This document shows positions 7,682-17,034 of a stretch of DNA of 32,000 nucleotides, piece after piece. The first letter of the stretch is position 1; every line of letters begins with the position of its first letter. The DNA comes from Candidatus Heimdallarchaeota archaeon (GTDB taxonomy: Archaea; Asgardarchaeota; Heimdallarchaeia; JABLTI01), in the NCBI GenBank assembly GCA_030614005.1, contig JAUWKS010000015.1, positions 27,944 to 59,943 of the forward strand, given 5' to 3'. The translations under genes were made by a program, and so were the position numbers. The notes below the pieces were generated by a model, which had not been told where the DNA came from, did not search any database, and was given only the letters and a program-made list of their open reading frames with translations.

Positions 7682-9307
7682 ATGTCTGCATTCTTACATT
7701 GGGAATCGGATCCTTTACTACTCGATCTTACACCAACAGTACAAAACACTTGGGTAACTGCAAATGAATTATTGGAGAAAGAGACAAGGGACAAATTCCA
7801 AACAGAAGCAGAGCGTCTATTATTATATCCAATTATAATCCGTAAAGTAGATTTTATTACCGGTGAGCGCATTTTACAATCCTTCCCGTACATTCTCCTA
7901 AATCAAGAGTGGATTTCAAGGATACGAAAACAATCACTGGCTCATGCAGAGAAAGCACATCACTATTTTTTAGGGTCAAATATTTCAAAATCCATTCGAG
8001 ACTGGCAGCGAAAGATCATCAATTATCTCGAAGAGCAACAACGCCTCCCCTTTCCTCTTTTCCGGTTGATCCCCTCTTGGGAAACCTTCTTTCAAGGAAA
8101 ACAGTACATCCAATTTCAATCTGCACGAGGTGAAGGTTTTCAACTTCCACTCAAACTCACAGAAGAATTAGCATATTTAGTAGGTGTTGTGATGGGTGAT
8201 GGACACCTAGCGAACTACTTCGTTAATATAATTGATAGCTCGAAGGAGCATATTGAGAACCTTGTTAAATCATTAAAAAGAATATTTCAAACCAACATCG
8301 AATTTTTCGTTCAAAAAAACGCTCAAGCATGGAATGTCAATCTGCTTGGTAAATGGATTGTTCGGTTCTTTAATTTCCTATCCGGACAACCAATAGCCCA
8401 ACGAAAATATCCTCACTTGCGAGAACCACATCTCTTTCAAGACAAACCTTCCTTTCGTTCTGCCTTCTGGCGTGGACTTATGGATGCAGATGGGAGCTAT
8501 ATATCAACAATCAGTTTTGGCACAGCATCAAAAAAATTACTAAAAGATTTTTCAGACTTTTTAACCCAACAGAATATCCATCATCGATTCTATGAACAAT
8601 CAGTTTTTGGTGGTACAACATATAGTTTCAATATTGCTGGTGAATCTAGAAAGCAGTTTACACAGCTCATTGGTTCAAATCATCCGCAAAAAAAGTTGGA
8701 ATTAGAGAACTTACTCACTAGAAGAGTTAATCGTTTTGCTCGAAAAAGTGCAACATTGCGTAAACAAGGATTTTGGAAAGGGCAAGTAGTAGAAATTCAA
8801 CAAAAGAAAATGGTTGCTGGATATTTTAACTTTTTATTAATGCCACATTTCAGTTTGTCAACTTTCGGTGAAGAAATACGAAAATTGCGTCGTTTCCACA
8901 ATCACACTCAACAAAGTTTAGCAACAGAAGTCAATATTAAGAGGACATTGTTATCAAATTATGAGTTAAATATTACAACAATTCCAATAGCTGATTTAGA
9001 TAAAATATACTCATTCTATAATCGTTCATTATTAACCATTCTCAAAGAATATCCAAAGCTATTCATTCATTCTAGAAGTTCCCATTGTATGATAGATACC
9101 CAACCAAATAAAAAATTGTTACAATTACTAAGTGGTTTGCAATTTAAGGAAAGAGGATGTATAATGATTCTTAGAGAGAACAACAAGTCTAATGTTTCTT
9201 ATAGAGAAGAACTTAGTGATTATTTTTCCATAGATATAAAGTCAAATCGATTCCACAATTCAGCGCTTAATAACTTTGTAAGAGAGTTTTTTGTTCTTCG
9301 GAAGTAA
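7682..9307 (+). CDS. Free-standing double-motif LAGLIDADG-family protein fused to an XRE-type HTH
   Basis: LAYLVGVVMGDGHL and AFWRGLMDADGS motifs; EIRKLRRFHNHTQQSLATEVNIKRTLLSNYELN is an XRE HTH; AGGAG ribosome-binding site upstream. Confidence 0.8.
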   Translation: MSAFLHWESDPLLLDLTPTVQNTWVTANELLEKETRDKFQTEAERLLLYPIIIRKVDFITGERILQSFPYILLNQEWISRIRKQSLAHAEKAHHYFLGSNISKSIRDWQRKIINYLEEQQRLPFPLFRLIPSWETFFQGKQYIQFQSARGEGFQLPLKLTEELAYLVGVVMGDGHLANYFVNIIDSSKEHIENLVKSLKRIFQTNIEFFVQKNAQAWNVNLLGKWIVRFFNFLSGQPIAQRKYPHLREPHLFQDKPSFRSAFWRGLMDADGSYISTISFGTASKKLLKDFSDFLTQQNIHHRFYEQSVFGGTTYSFNIAGESRKQFTQLIGSNHPQKKLELENLLTRRVNRFARKSATLRKQGFWKGQVVEIQQKKMVAGYFNFLLMPHFSLSTFGEEIRKLRRFHNHTQQSLATEVNIKRTLLSNYELNITTIPIADLDKIYSFYNRSLLTILKEYPKLFIHSRSSHCMIDTQPNKKLLQLLSGLQFKERGCIMILRENNKSNVSYREELSDYFSIDIKSNRFHNSALNNFVREFFVLRK

Positions 9308-9571
9308 TGTGTTGAATTTAGAAAGAAAAAACTCAATAGTTCACGCTTGGTGGCGTGCTCGCATCGCCGCTACTCATCGCTTACAGCGATTCCTCACGCG
9401 TCAGTACGAATAATTATTGAAAAATTTTTATAAAAAATGCCAAAAACTACAAATCTAGCATAATCAGAAAGGAATGTCATTTTTTCTGCCGCTTATAAAG
9501 GAGAAGAGCATTTTTTAGCTCTTTATAAATAAAACCGACAAAAAGTACATTGAGAGATAGCTTCTGATAAT

Positions 9572-12500
9572 TTGGAAGGCATTTTCTCCTTTGAGAGTGG
9601 TTTAATGAGTATAGAAACATTCACGAAAAAGAGCATCCCTCTTTGCCTTTCATTAGGCATTACTTCTGTTTTAGAGCAAGGAGAATTGTTAGATGATCCT
9701 GTATTACATACCTTAACTCCCGAAGAACAAAAATTACTAGTGCTAAATGACAAAAGTCTCGCTTTAATATGCAAAAATTATCAACCAAAAAAACGCAGTC
9801 TTAATCCTATCCTAGTTTCCCTTGCAGTTCGTCGAATACTAGCTTTAAGAAAGCATAGTAAATTTCCGGTCTTTATTGTTGTAAAGTCAAAGAAGGATGG
9901 AGAAGCGTTACTTAATGAACTAACCAAATATGCAGATACTTGTAAACTCTATAATATGATCTTTAATTTGAAAGACAAAATTGATCAGGATTTTAAATCC
10001 CAGAACCATACCACAGCCGATTTTATTCTGCTCACCTATAAAAAACTGAGAGATTTAGTGGTGAACAAAGTTTGTCCAACAACAGAACAAATAGTCTTTC
10101 TTAATCCGCTAACTAAATACCGATGCCAAGAGGAGATAATTGATTTAGATATAATTATTGGTGGGCTTTACAGGCATAAGTGTCGAAGACCTCAGCTTTC
10201 CTTTCTTCTAGATAGTGCTCAGTTTCCAGTGCTTACTCGAGATGAATACAAATACTTACTCAAAGTTGATGATTGTCTTTTCTTTCGCTGTCAAGAAGGG
10301 TTTCGAACACAGAACAACAAACCATTTAGAAATTTTTTACCAAATTTATCTGATGAACACTATCAATTTTTCATCTTTGGTGAGCTCTTTCGTGGAAGAA
10401 AAAGTTCCGCTGATTTACGAAGGAAAATTCAAGAGACTATAACATACAAGCTGCATCTATTTAGTAACAATATCTATCCAGAGTTAGCAAGGAACAACAT
10501 CGAACTCAAAAATAAAATAGAAAAACGAAAAATGAAAATAGATAAACGAGTGCAAATAAAACTTAATCAAATATTAAACTTATTTACCAAGGGAGTATCG
10601 CACACCATCTATGGGCACGTACAAAGCAATTCGATAAAAAACACTTTCTCCTGGCAGGAGCCAGCTGAATCCGCTCCTTTTCTTCCATTAGTGGTGAAGA
10701 AGAAAGATAGCAAATACTATCTTACAGGACTAGGAGAAGCAGTCCTTATTGCCACCTCAAATATTGCAGGAATAGAGCACGGTTTTTCATCCTTTTTAAA
10801 TAAATTAGCTGGTTGTTTATTCAAACGGAACAAAGCAAGCACCAAATTATCTCTCGAAGAGATCATTAGATTTTATTGTCTATTAGTCGGTCTAGAAAAT
10901 ATAGACTTTCCAGTATTACCAGAACAGAGTGAGCATAAAAATTTAGATTCTTTCGTTAATGATTCCTTTGATGTTTACGACCAATTTATTGAGCGAGAGT
11001 TTGGTTTTATAATCAAGGATTATGCCAGTTTTGCATCTATACAATTACTGAGTGCCTTTGAGAAATTAATGGAAACCAATGCTTTCCTATTCTTCCAACG
11101 ATTGAAAAGTTACAAAAAGAACAAGAAAAGAACATGGGAAGAAAAAAGAAGTGAAGCAATACTAAAATCTGCGGGGTATGAACCTGTAACTGTAAAGCAA
11201 ACTGGCTTGAAATTTCACCTTGACTTTCAAAAAACGAAAAAGGAGTTGGAAAATTTCAAAGCGGAAGGATTGCTTATCTCACTAAAAACTTTCGATAACA
11301 GTGGTAGTTCAGAACTCAAGTATGGTACTCCAGAATTATTTACTAAATTTCCATATCTAAAGAAAACGTGTGGGAATTGTATGTGCCATAATAAGCGATT
11401 CAAGACCTGTTTACTCCTACGTCTTCTCCAAGCACACAATCCAAGCTTAGTACCGAGTGACTATCAAAACTATGCTCAAAGCTCTATTAGATCAGAAGCA
11501 ACAGCGTGTAAATACCATAAAGATCTAGCTGATTTTGATTCTGTCCTCGATAGAGTGCGATTTACTGCAAATATCCAAAAACTCTCTCTAAAAATGAGAA
11601 AAATAGCTGATTCATACTTCCTTGGGCAAACAAAAAAAACTGTTTTCCATTGTTGCTCATGTCAAGAAAAAATTGCAGAGTTCGGTTCTGAGGAGCAGCT
11701 ATTCTTTCCTCGAAAACGTGTTAGTTGTCCAAAGTGTTCTACAGTTTATTTAAAGAAAAATGAAGAAAAAATAACTATTCATACTGAACATCGCCATTAT
11801 CTTAGAATGCTCTATTATCAAATAGCAGGGTCTATCCCACAAGTGTTGCTGGAAAAAGATCCTTCGTATGCTTTTGTAATCTACGATAATGAAATGATAA
11901 AGTTAGAAAGGAAGAGCGATAAATCATTTATTCTTAGTATCTGCAAAAATGAGATCCCACTTGAAAAAGTAGAATATATTTTCTTTTCAGGGAAACGCTA
12001 CAAAAGAATAGAGAAATTCTTAGAAACATTAGCACAATTTGAACCAGAGAAATACCATTACACTAATAGTAGAGCAAAACCTAAATTGAAGAAATCAAAA
12101 AAGAATTTGTCGAGTGAATCATCTCAAGAGAAACCATTCACTAAGGAACAATACCAGTTCCTGCAAACAATTATTTCCTATCTGGGTGAGAAGAAAACAT
12201 TCAACCAGTCATTTTTACAAGCTAGACATCTATCAAATATTGGCGGAGGGTTATACCTCAGAAAAACAAACCTAGGAAAAGAAAACCCGAATGAGTATAT
12301 TGATCGTCAGTTATTCGAAATGATTGATTTACAAATTAGGGTTGCAGGAGGGGTGCGCTCTCGTTATTATGGCATGCAATTGGAAGCACAAAGTAACAGA
12401 TTTTTCTTTGAATTGCTCAAAGATGAAGGGGCAAAAGTTGGTCTCTGGACGCGCGGAAGAGTTACCTCACGGTTAGTTAAGGATATGTTCCTTTCCTATA

Positions 12501-13708
12501 GCCGGAAAACGAGCTATGCATATGCACCATTAGATGTGATCCTAAATCAGTTTATCAGGGGCTTTCGCTCAGAAATTGATGAGATATTTAGAAGGATTGG
12601 TCTTGAGCCTGCTCTCATGGGTGCAGGATTATTCCATAAAAGACGAACAAAATCGGATATAGATAATCTTGGGTTATATTTTGATCTTATAGAACCTGTA
12701 CGAGTGCTTGCATTAATCACTATGTTTGAAGCAATGCAGGCAGGAGTACTCACTATTGATGACTGTTCACTCGTTCTAGGGCAGAAAGGACAAGAGATCT
12801 ATCGGATAAAAAACAACGCTCAAAAGAAAATCAAAAAACTAATCACAGCAGCAGTTTCACTGCCAGTATATTTGCAAGGTAAAACTACTCCCTTTCTCCA
12901 AGCATTTGAGCAATATTTACTAACTTTTAGAGAAGCAATCTTGAGTTGTTTTGAAGATTTTCGACAGGAAAAACAGCTAAGCATGAGAAAAATCAAACAA
13001 TGTTTTCAAGAAGCAAATTTTAACCCTTTTGTTATATGCCCTTCTGGAATCGAAAGCGATCTCTCCCTGGTGAACAAGTTTGCTACAGAGTATGCAGACT
13101 TGTATGCCGGAAGCGAAGAGAGAGTTCTCGCAGCAAGAGATGCTCGTAATGCATTTCGAGGGATTGTAATACAGGAATGGCGTATTTGGAATAATAAGCG
13201 AGGACGGGATAAATTACAGCTCACTACATTCCAAAAGAAGGAACAGGATAGAAGTTTGCTAATAGTACTGGTTCTACTTTCCTATGCTCTTCAGATGGAA
13301 CTATATTTCGCAAAATATTCAACAAATCATATTCGAGAACTATTACAATTGACGCAAAATCAAACCCAAAGGATTCTTTCGCAAATGGTTAATCGGGGTT
13401 TGTTAATTCGTGAAAAAATCAACAGTCAATGCTATTATCAATTAAACACCACCAATCGAATGGTACAGGAATTACTATACTCTATAGGAAAAATTCCTAC
13501 TGAAGGAGAAATGCTTCTAGAGTTGGTAAGAAACTTTGACCATATCAATACAAGAACAATCAATCTAATTACCTCTTTGGAAGCGATTGATCACTCTCTT
13601 CAGCTAAAGCAAAACAATTTATGGATTGATTGGTTCCCTCCGAGAACTTTACTGCGAATTATGAATCGTATTGTAGAGCACCTGAAAATTTATGGACAAT
13701 ATTTCTGA
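9572..13708 (+). CDS. Giant multidomain Cas1-like protein: degenerate helicase-like N-terminus, wHTH, Cys-rich/Zn ribbon, Cas1 catalytic domain, C-terminal wHTH (start may be ATG 9605)
   Basis: GMQLEAQSNRFFF, PLDVILNQF, IGLEPALMGAGLFH and LYFDLIEPVR align by eye to the Cas1 motifs LxGxEGxAAxxYF, DPxNxxLNYGY, GLDPxxGxLH and LxxDLxExFR; E938, H1022, D1038/E1041. Confidence 0.75.
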   Translation: MEGIFSFESGLMSIETFTKKSIPLCLSLGITSVLEQGELLDDPVLHTLTPEEQKLLVLNDKSLALICKNYQPKKRSLNPILVSLAVRRILALRKHSKFPVFIVVKSKKDGEALLNELTKYADTCKLYNMIFNLKDKIDQDFKSQNHTTADFILLTYKKLRDLVVNKVCPTTEQIVFLNPLTKYRCQEEIIDLDIIIGGLYRHKCRRPQLSFLLDSAQFPVLTRDEYKYLLKVDDCLFFRCQEGFRTQNNKPFRNFLPNLSDEHYQFFIFGELFRGRKSSADLRRKIQETITYKLHLFSNNIYPELARNNIELKNKIEKRKMKIDKRVQIKLNQILNLFTKGVSHTIYGHVQSNSIKNTFSWQEPAESAPFLPLVVKKKDSKYYLTGLGEAVLIATSNIAGIEHGFSSFLNKLAGCLFKRNKASTKLSLEEIIRFYCLLVGLENIDFPVLPEQSEHKNLDSFVNDSFDVYDQFIEREFGFIIKDYASFASIQLLSAFEKLMETNAFLFFQRLKSYKKNKKRTWEEKRSEAILKSAGYEPVTVKQTGLKFHLDFQKTKKELENFKAEGLLISLKTFDNSGSSELKYGTPELFTKFPYLKKTCGNCMCHNKRFKTCLLLRLLQAHNPSLVPSDYQNYAQSSIRSEATACKYHKDLADFDSVLDRVRFTANIQKLSLKMRKIADSYFLGQTKKTVFHCCSCQEKIAEFGSEEQLFFPRKRVSCPKCSTVYLKKNEEKITIHTEHRHYLRMLYYQIAGSIPQVLLEKDPSYAFVIYDNEMIKLERKSDKSFILSICKNEIPLEKVEYIFFSGKRYKRIEKFLETLAQFEPEKYHYTNSRAKPKLKKSKKNLSSESSQEKPFTKEQYQFLQTIISYLGEKKTFNQSFLQARHLSNIGGGLYLRKTNLGKENPNEYIDRQLFEMIDLQIRVAGGVRSRYYGMQLEAQSNRFFFELLKDEGAKVGLWTRGRVTSRLVKDMFLSYSRKTSYAYAPLDVILNQFIRGFRSEIDEIFRRIGLEPALMGAGLFHKRRTKSDIDNLGLYFDLIEPVRVLALITMFEAMQAGVLTIDDCSLVLGQKGQEIYRIKNNAQKKIKKLITAAVSLPVYLQGKTTPFLQAFEQYLLTFREAILSCFEDFRQEKQLSMRKIKQCFQEANFNPFVICPSGIESDLSLVNKFATEYADLYAGSEERVLAARDARNAFRGIVIQEWRIWNNKRGRDKLQLTTFQKKEQDRSLLIVLVLLSYALQMELYFAKYSTNHIRELLQLTQNQTQRILSQMVNRGLLIREKINSQCYYQLNTTNRMVQELLYSIGKIPTEGEMLLELVRNFDHINTRTINLITSLEAIDHSLQLKQNNLWIDWFPPRTLLRIMNRIVEHLKIYGQYF

Positions 13709-13724
13709 TAAACAGGTGAATTAC

Positions 13725-16700
13725 ATGACTAAAATAAATGATATTAATAGACAAAATGACACAACTCAAAAATTTCCTTTAGAAGTAACTACTCCAAGAG
13801 AATGGGTTCCAATACTTACATTACCACCATCCAAACCAAGAGTGAAGACCGATTTTGTTTGGGCAGATCTCCTCCCTAAAGAAGCAGAAGGGTTCGGAGC
13901 AGTTCTTGAGTCAATAGTGCAAAGTAATCACCCCTATGAGCATCAAGAAGAAGCAATACAACATTTGCTGAATTCATCAACCACTAATAATGGGTTAATC
14001 ATTAATGGTGGAACGTATTCAGGGAAATCACTCTCGTTTAGTGTTCCTGGAATAGCTAAAATATTAACAGGTGAAACTGATTTTTTTGTTGTATTCTATC
14101 CATCGAAACAGCTCTTGTTGGATCAATTTGACCGTATGAAAGAATTAGTTGTAAAATTGGAAGAGCAGAGTGGGAAACGATTATCGGTTAAGATGTATAG
14201 TGGCGATACTAGCAGATCAACAGGTTCAACAGCTAGTAGGCAAGTACAAAAAAAAGAGCTCTTCGAAACAGAGCAACATCCACCAAACATCCTTTTAGCA
14301 ACGTTCGATAAATTTTGGTACCAGATGATGAGTGGAAAAAAGAATCCGTTGTTTGATAAAATTATGTCTTGTCAATATTTGGTTTTTGATGAGATACATG
14401 CCTTTGAAGGCTTTGCTGCAGCAATCATTAAGGGATTTGTACAGATACACAAGAAAAAGAATCCCAAGTGTCATGTTGTTCTTTCCTCCGCAACGATTGA
14501 CAATGTTATTGGTTTTCGAGATGATTTCTTACAAGGGGCAGGAATTATTACCTGCCCTCCTGTACGTGGTGAACATGAATTTCTTGGAATAACGAAAGAG
14601 CATACTGTACCTTTTCTTGCTGATCTTTGGCACGAACTAGATACTTTACCGGGAAAATTCTGCTTAGTATTCATGGACTCTAAAGAGGAGATTGAATTAT
14701 TAGCGGAACGACTGTGTGCAAAGCTTAAGCAAGACCACCCATTCTTTGAGGAAATAACTGTAGTAATAATTCATGCGGACTTGGCGTATGCTCAACGAAA
14801 AAAGATACTTGATGAGATAAAGAAGGGAACAAGGAATAGAATAAAGATACTCATTTCCTCTTCTGTTTTAGAGCTAGGAGTTAATATCCCAAATGTCCAA
14901 ACAGTAGTAAATATCGGGATACCAATAACACAAAAGGATGGTATTGTCCAAAGATTCGCTCGAAACCGTTCTAACCCAAGTGAAAGACGGGTGAATGTCT
15001 GTATTTTTAATCTAGCTAATTCTCGAGACAACTTCTATTGGCATCATCTGGAAATACTACGTAATATACTTGAAACAAATGCATGTAATCCCATATTGTA
15101 TCCAAGGCAGAACCCCAAGATTTTAGCAGGCTTGCTTGTGCTACATTTACGATATGGTATCAATGATTATCAAGAAATAATGTCGTTCTTCTTGAAAGAA
15201 GGAAGGAAAGTCTATGAAATAGCTCGACAGCAATACACTAAACTCATTAGTTTCAACGTGCTAAAAAAAGCACAAGGTAAAATATTGTTTACCAACCAGG
15301 GAGAAAATAGACTTCTACAATTGAAAAACAAAAATGTTCTTGTTCCATTATCTATCCGAGCAATTAGTGCTAATTGGTCAATACAATTGAAGAAAGGTAT
15401 TGATACTATTCGGTTAACAGATCGAACAACTTCCCTAGGTAAAATTTCAACCAAAGATGTGCTAAAGAAAGGTTTGTCTGGTAATCTTATTATTAGGAAT
15501 AGGAAGAAATACCTAGTTACTGATGTCGATATTGGGCATAAAACTGTCTTTGTGAAAAAATATTTTATTGATGATTCGGATGATACATTCTCTTTACCAC
15601 CAATGAATCAATTATATGACCCAACAATTTCAGTTGGCGTATTTCCGAAGAAAATTCAAGGAACAAGATTAGTGGGCATTAATTTTGGATTGATAACCAC
15701 CTATCGAAAGCCTAAGATAATAGTTAATGCTAATCCAAATGCTATGTATCTTAATGAAAGTAGCAGGAACGAAAACAACAATTATTTTTATCAAGAATTG
15801 ACACAGCAAGAATCGGACGAGTTAACCCTATCTGAAAAATCAGAAGGTATCATCATAAACATGGAAAACGAATTATTAAAACCAAAAAACCTTACTGCTA
15901 AGAAAATGCTAAAATTATTTGGTGAGATTCTACTAATTGAAGCTGAGATGGTTCTTTCTATACCTGCTTCTGAATTTGAACTCGTGTATAATGCAAATCA
16001 ATTGGCAATTTATGATAAAGGAGAACCAAATGGAAATGCAGAATATTTGTTTTTACACTTACAGGAAGTAGCCCAACAAGCATTACAGAGATTAGGGCAA
16101 TGTTCCTGTGAGCGAGGGTGTGAATATTGCTATGGTGAGATTCTGGGTCTTTTACCTGATGGTTCCAAAGAATATCTAAAACAATTGGTAAAAGATATGG
16201 TCAATATTTCAAATTTAGAGACACTTGATCATATATCATTAATTGAACCCAATTTGGAAATCGATTCACAAGAGAATAGGATCATTGCTTTTTCAGACGT
16301 TCATCTTACACATGAGTTATGCTATCATGAAGAATTTTTTGATGTTATTAGTAAATTCAGCAAAAAGGCGGATGTTATTATTATAAATGGTGACTTGTTG
16401 GACAAAGTGTCTGAGGAAAGTAAAGATGTATTCAATCAATTAAAAACAAAAGCAATACAGGAGGGATACTGGTCGAAATTAGTGTTTATTCGAAGTTCTT
16501 CTATTCATGATGGCAATCTCGAACAATTTTCTGGTTTTCTCCACCAAGATTATGTTTATATTGAATCTAAAACAGAGCAAGTGCTTTTTGTCCATGGGAA
16601 TAAAATAGGTATAGATGCTAAGTTAGCGAATAGCACTAGTATTGAAGTAGCAGCTATTCAAGCGAAAAAAGAGCTCATTAAAACCGGTAGAAGCTGGCTG

Positions 16701-16883
16701 CCAGATATAACTGAGGGAACTCATTTAGTAATCGGTCATTTACATCATCGATTCTACAATGAGCGTTTCCGTGTGTATGGTTTAGGTCATTGGTTGAAGA
16801 AAGGAAAAGAACGTCATCAGAAAATCTTAATGATAATTGATTCAGCTAAGGAATTGGATGAAATAAAGCTTTATCAGTATTGA
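13725..16883 (+). CDS. YprA/MrfA/Hrq1-like DEAH helicase + DUF1998 Zn domain + calcineurin-like metallophosphoesterase
   Basis: Q motif PYEHQEEAI, GGTYSGKS, DEIH, SAT, LELGVNIP; DUF1998-type IYD...CSCERGCEYC; MPE motifs SDVH, NGDLLD, IHD, VHG, GHLH; AGGTGA ribosome-binding site favours ATG 13725 over 13692. Confidence 0.85.
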   Translation: MTKINDINRQNDTTQKFPLEVTTPREWVPILTLPPSKPRVKTDFVWADLLPKEAEGFGAVLESIVQSNHPYEHQEEAIQHLLNSSTTNNGLIINGGTYSGKSLSFSVPGIAKILTGETDFFVVFYPSKQLLLDQFDRMKELVVKLEEQSGKRLSVKMYSGDTSRSTGSTASRQVQKKELFETEQHPPNILLATFDKFWYQMMSGKKNPLFDKIMSCQYLVFDEIHAFEGFAAAIIKGFVQIHKKKNPKCHVVLSSATIDNVIGFRDDFLQGAGIITCPPVRGEHEFLGITKEHTVPFLADLWHELDTLPGKFCLVFMDSKEEIELLAERLCAKLKQDHPFFEEITVVIIHADLAYAQRKKILDEIKKGTRNRIKILISSSVLELGVNIPNVQTVVNIGIPITQKDGIVQRFARNRSNPSERRVNVCIFNLANSRDNFYWHHLEILRNILETNACNPILYPRQNPKILAGLLVLHLRYGINDYQEIMSFFLKEGRKVYEIARQQYTKLISFNVLKKAQGKILFTNQGENRLLQLKNKNVLVPLSIRAISANWSIQLKKGIDTIRLTDRTTSLGKISTKDVLKKGLSGNLIIRNRKKYLVTDVDIGHKTVFVKKYFIDDSDDTFSLPPMNQLYDPTISVGVFPKKIQGTRLVGINFGLITTYRKPKIIVNANPNAMYLNESSRNENNNYFYQELTQQESDELTLSEKSEGIIINMENELLKPKNLTAKKMLKLFGEILLIEAEMVLSIPASEFELVYNANQLAIYDKGEPNGNAEYLFLHLQEVAQQALQRLGQCSCERGCEYCYGEILGLLPDGSKEYLKQLVKDMVNISNLETLDHISLIEPNLEIDSQENRIIAFSDVHLTHELCYHEEFFDVISKFSKKADVIIINGDLLDKVSEESKDVFNQLKTKAIQEGYWSKLVFIRSSSIHDGNLEQFSGFLHQDYVYIESKTEQVLFVHGNKIGIDAKLANSTSIEVAAIQAKKELIKTGRSWLPDITEGTHLVIGHLHHRFYNERFRVYGLGHWLKKGKERHQKILMIIDSAKELDEIKLYQY

Positions 16884-17034
16884 CAAAGCTAAATCATCCC
16901 TCTGTTAATTTTTCATAAATACTCATAAATTTCTCTATAAAGCGAATTCAAGGTTTTCAACAATATAATAATAGAACCTTAAAATTAATAAGCTATCAAG
17001 TAAGATTAATTTGTTGATTGGTGAGAGGAAAAAA

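Noticed and set aside
7682-9307. Intein-encoded homing endonuclease
   Set aside because: No N-terminal Cys/Ser block, no His-Asn C-terminal splice motif, and no extein
13725-16883. DISARM or Druantia system
   Set aside because: It shares the helicase/DUF1998 parts, but no DrmC PLD nuclease, DrmD/E, cognate methylase or DruA-D-like partners are recognisable
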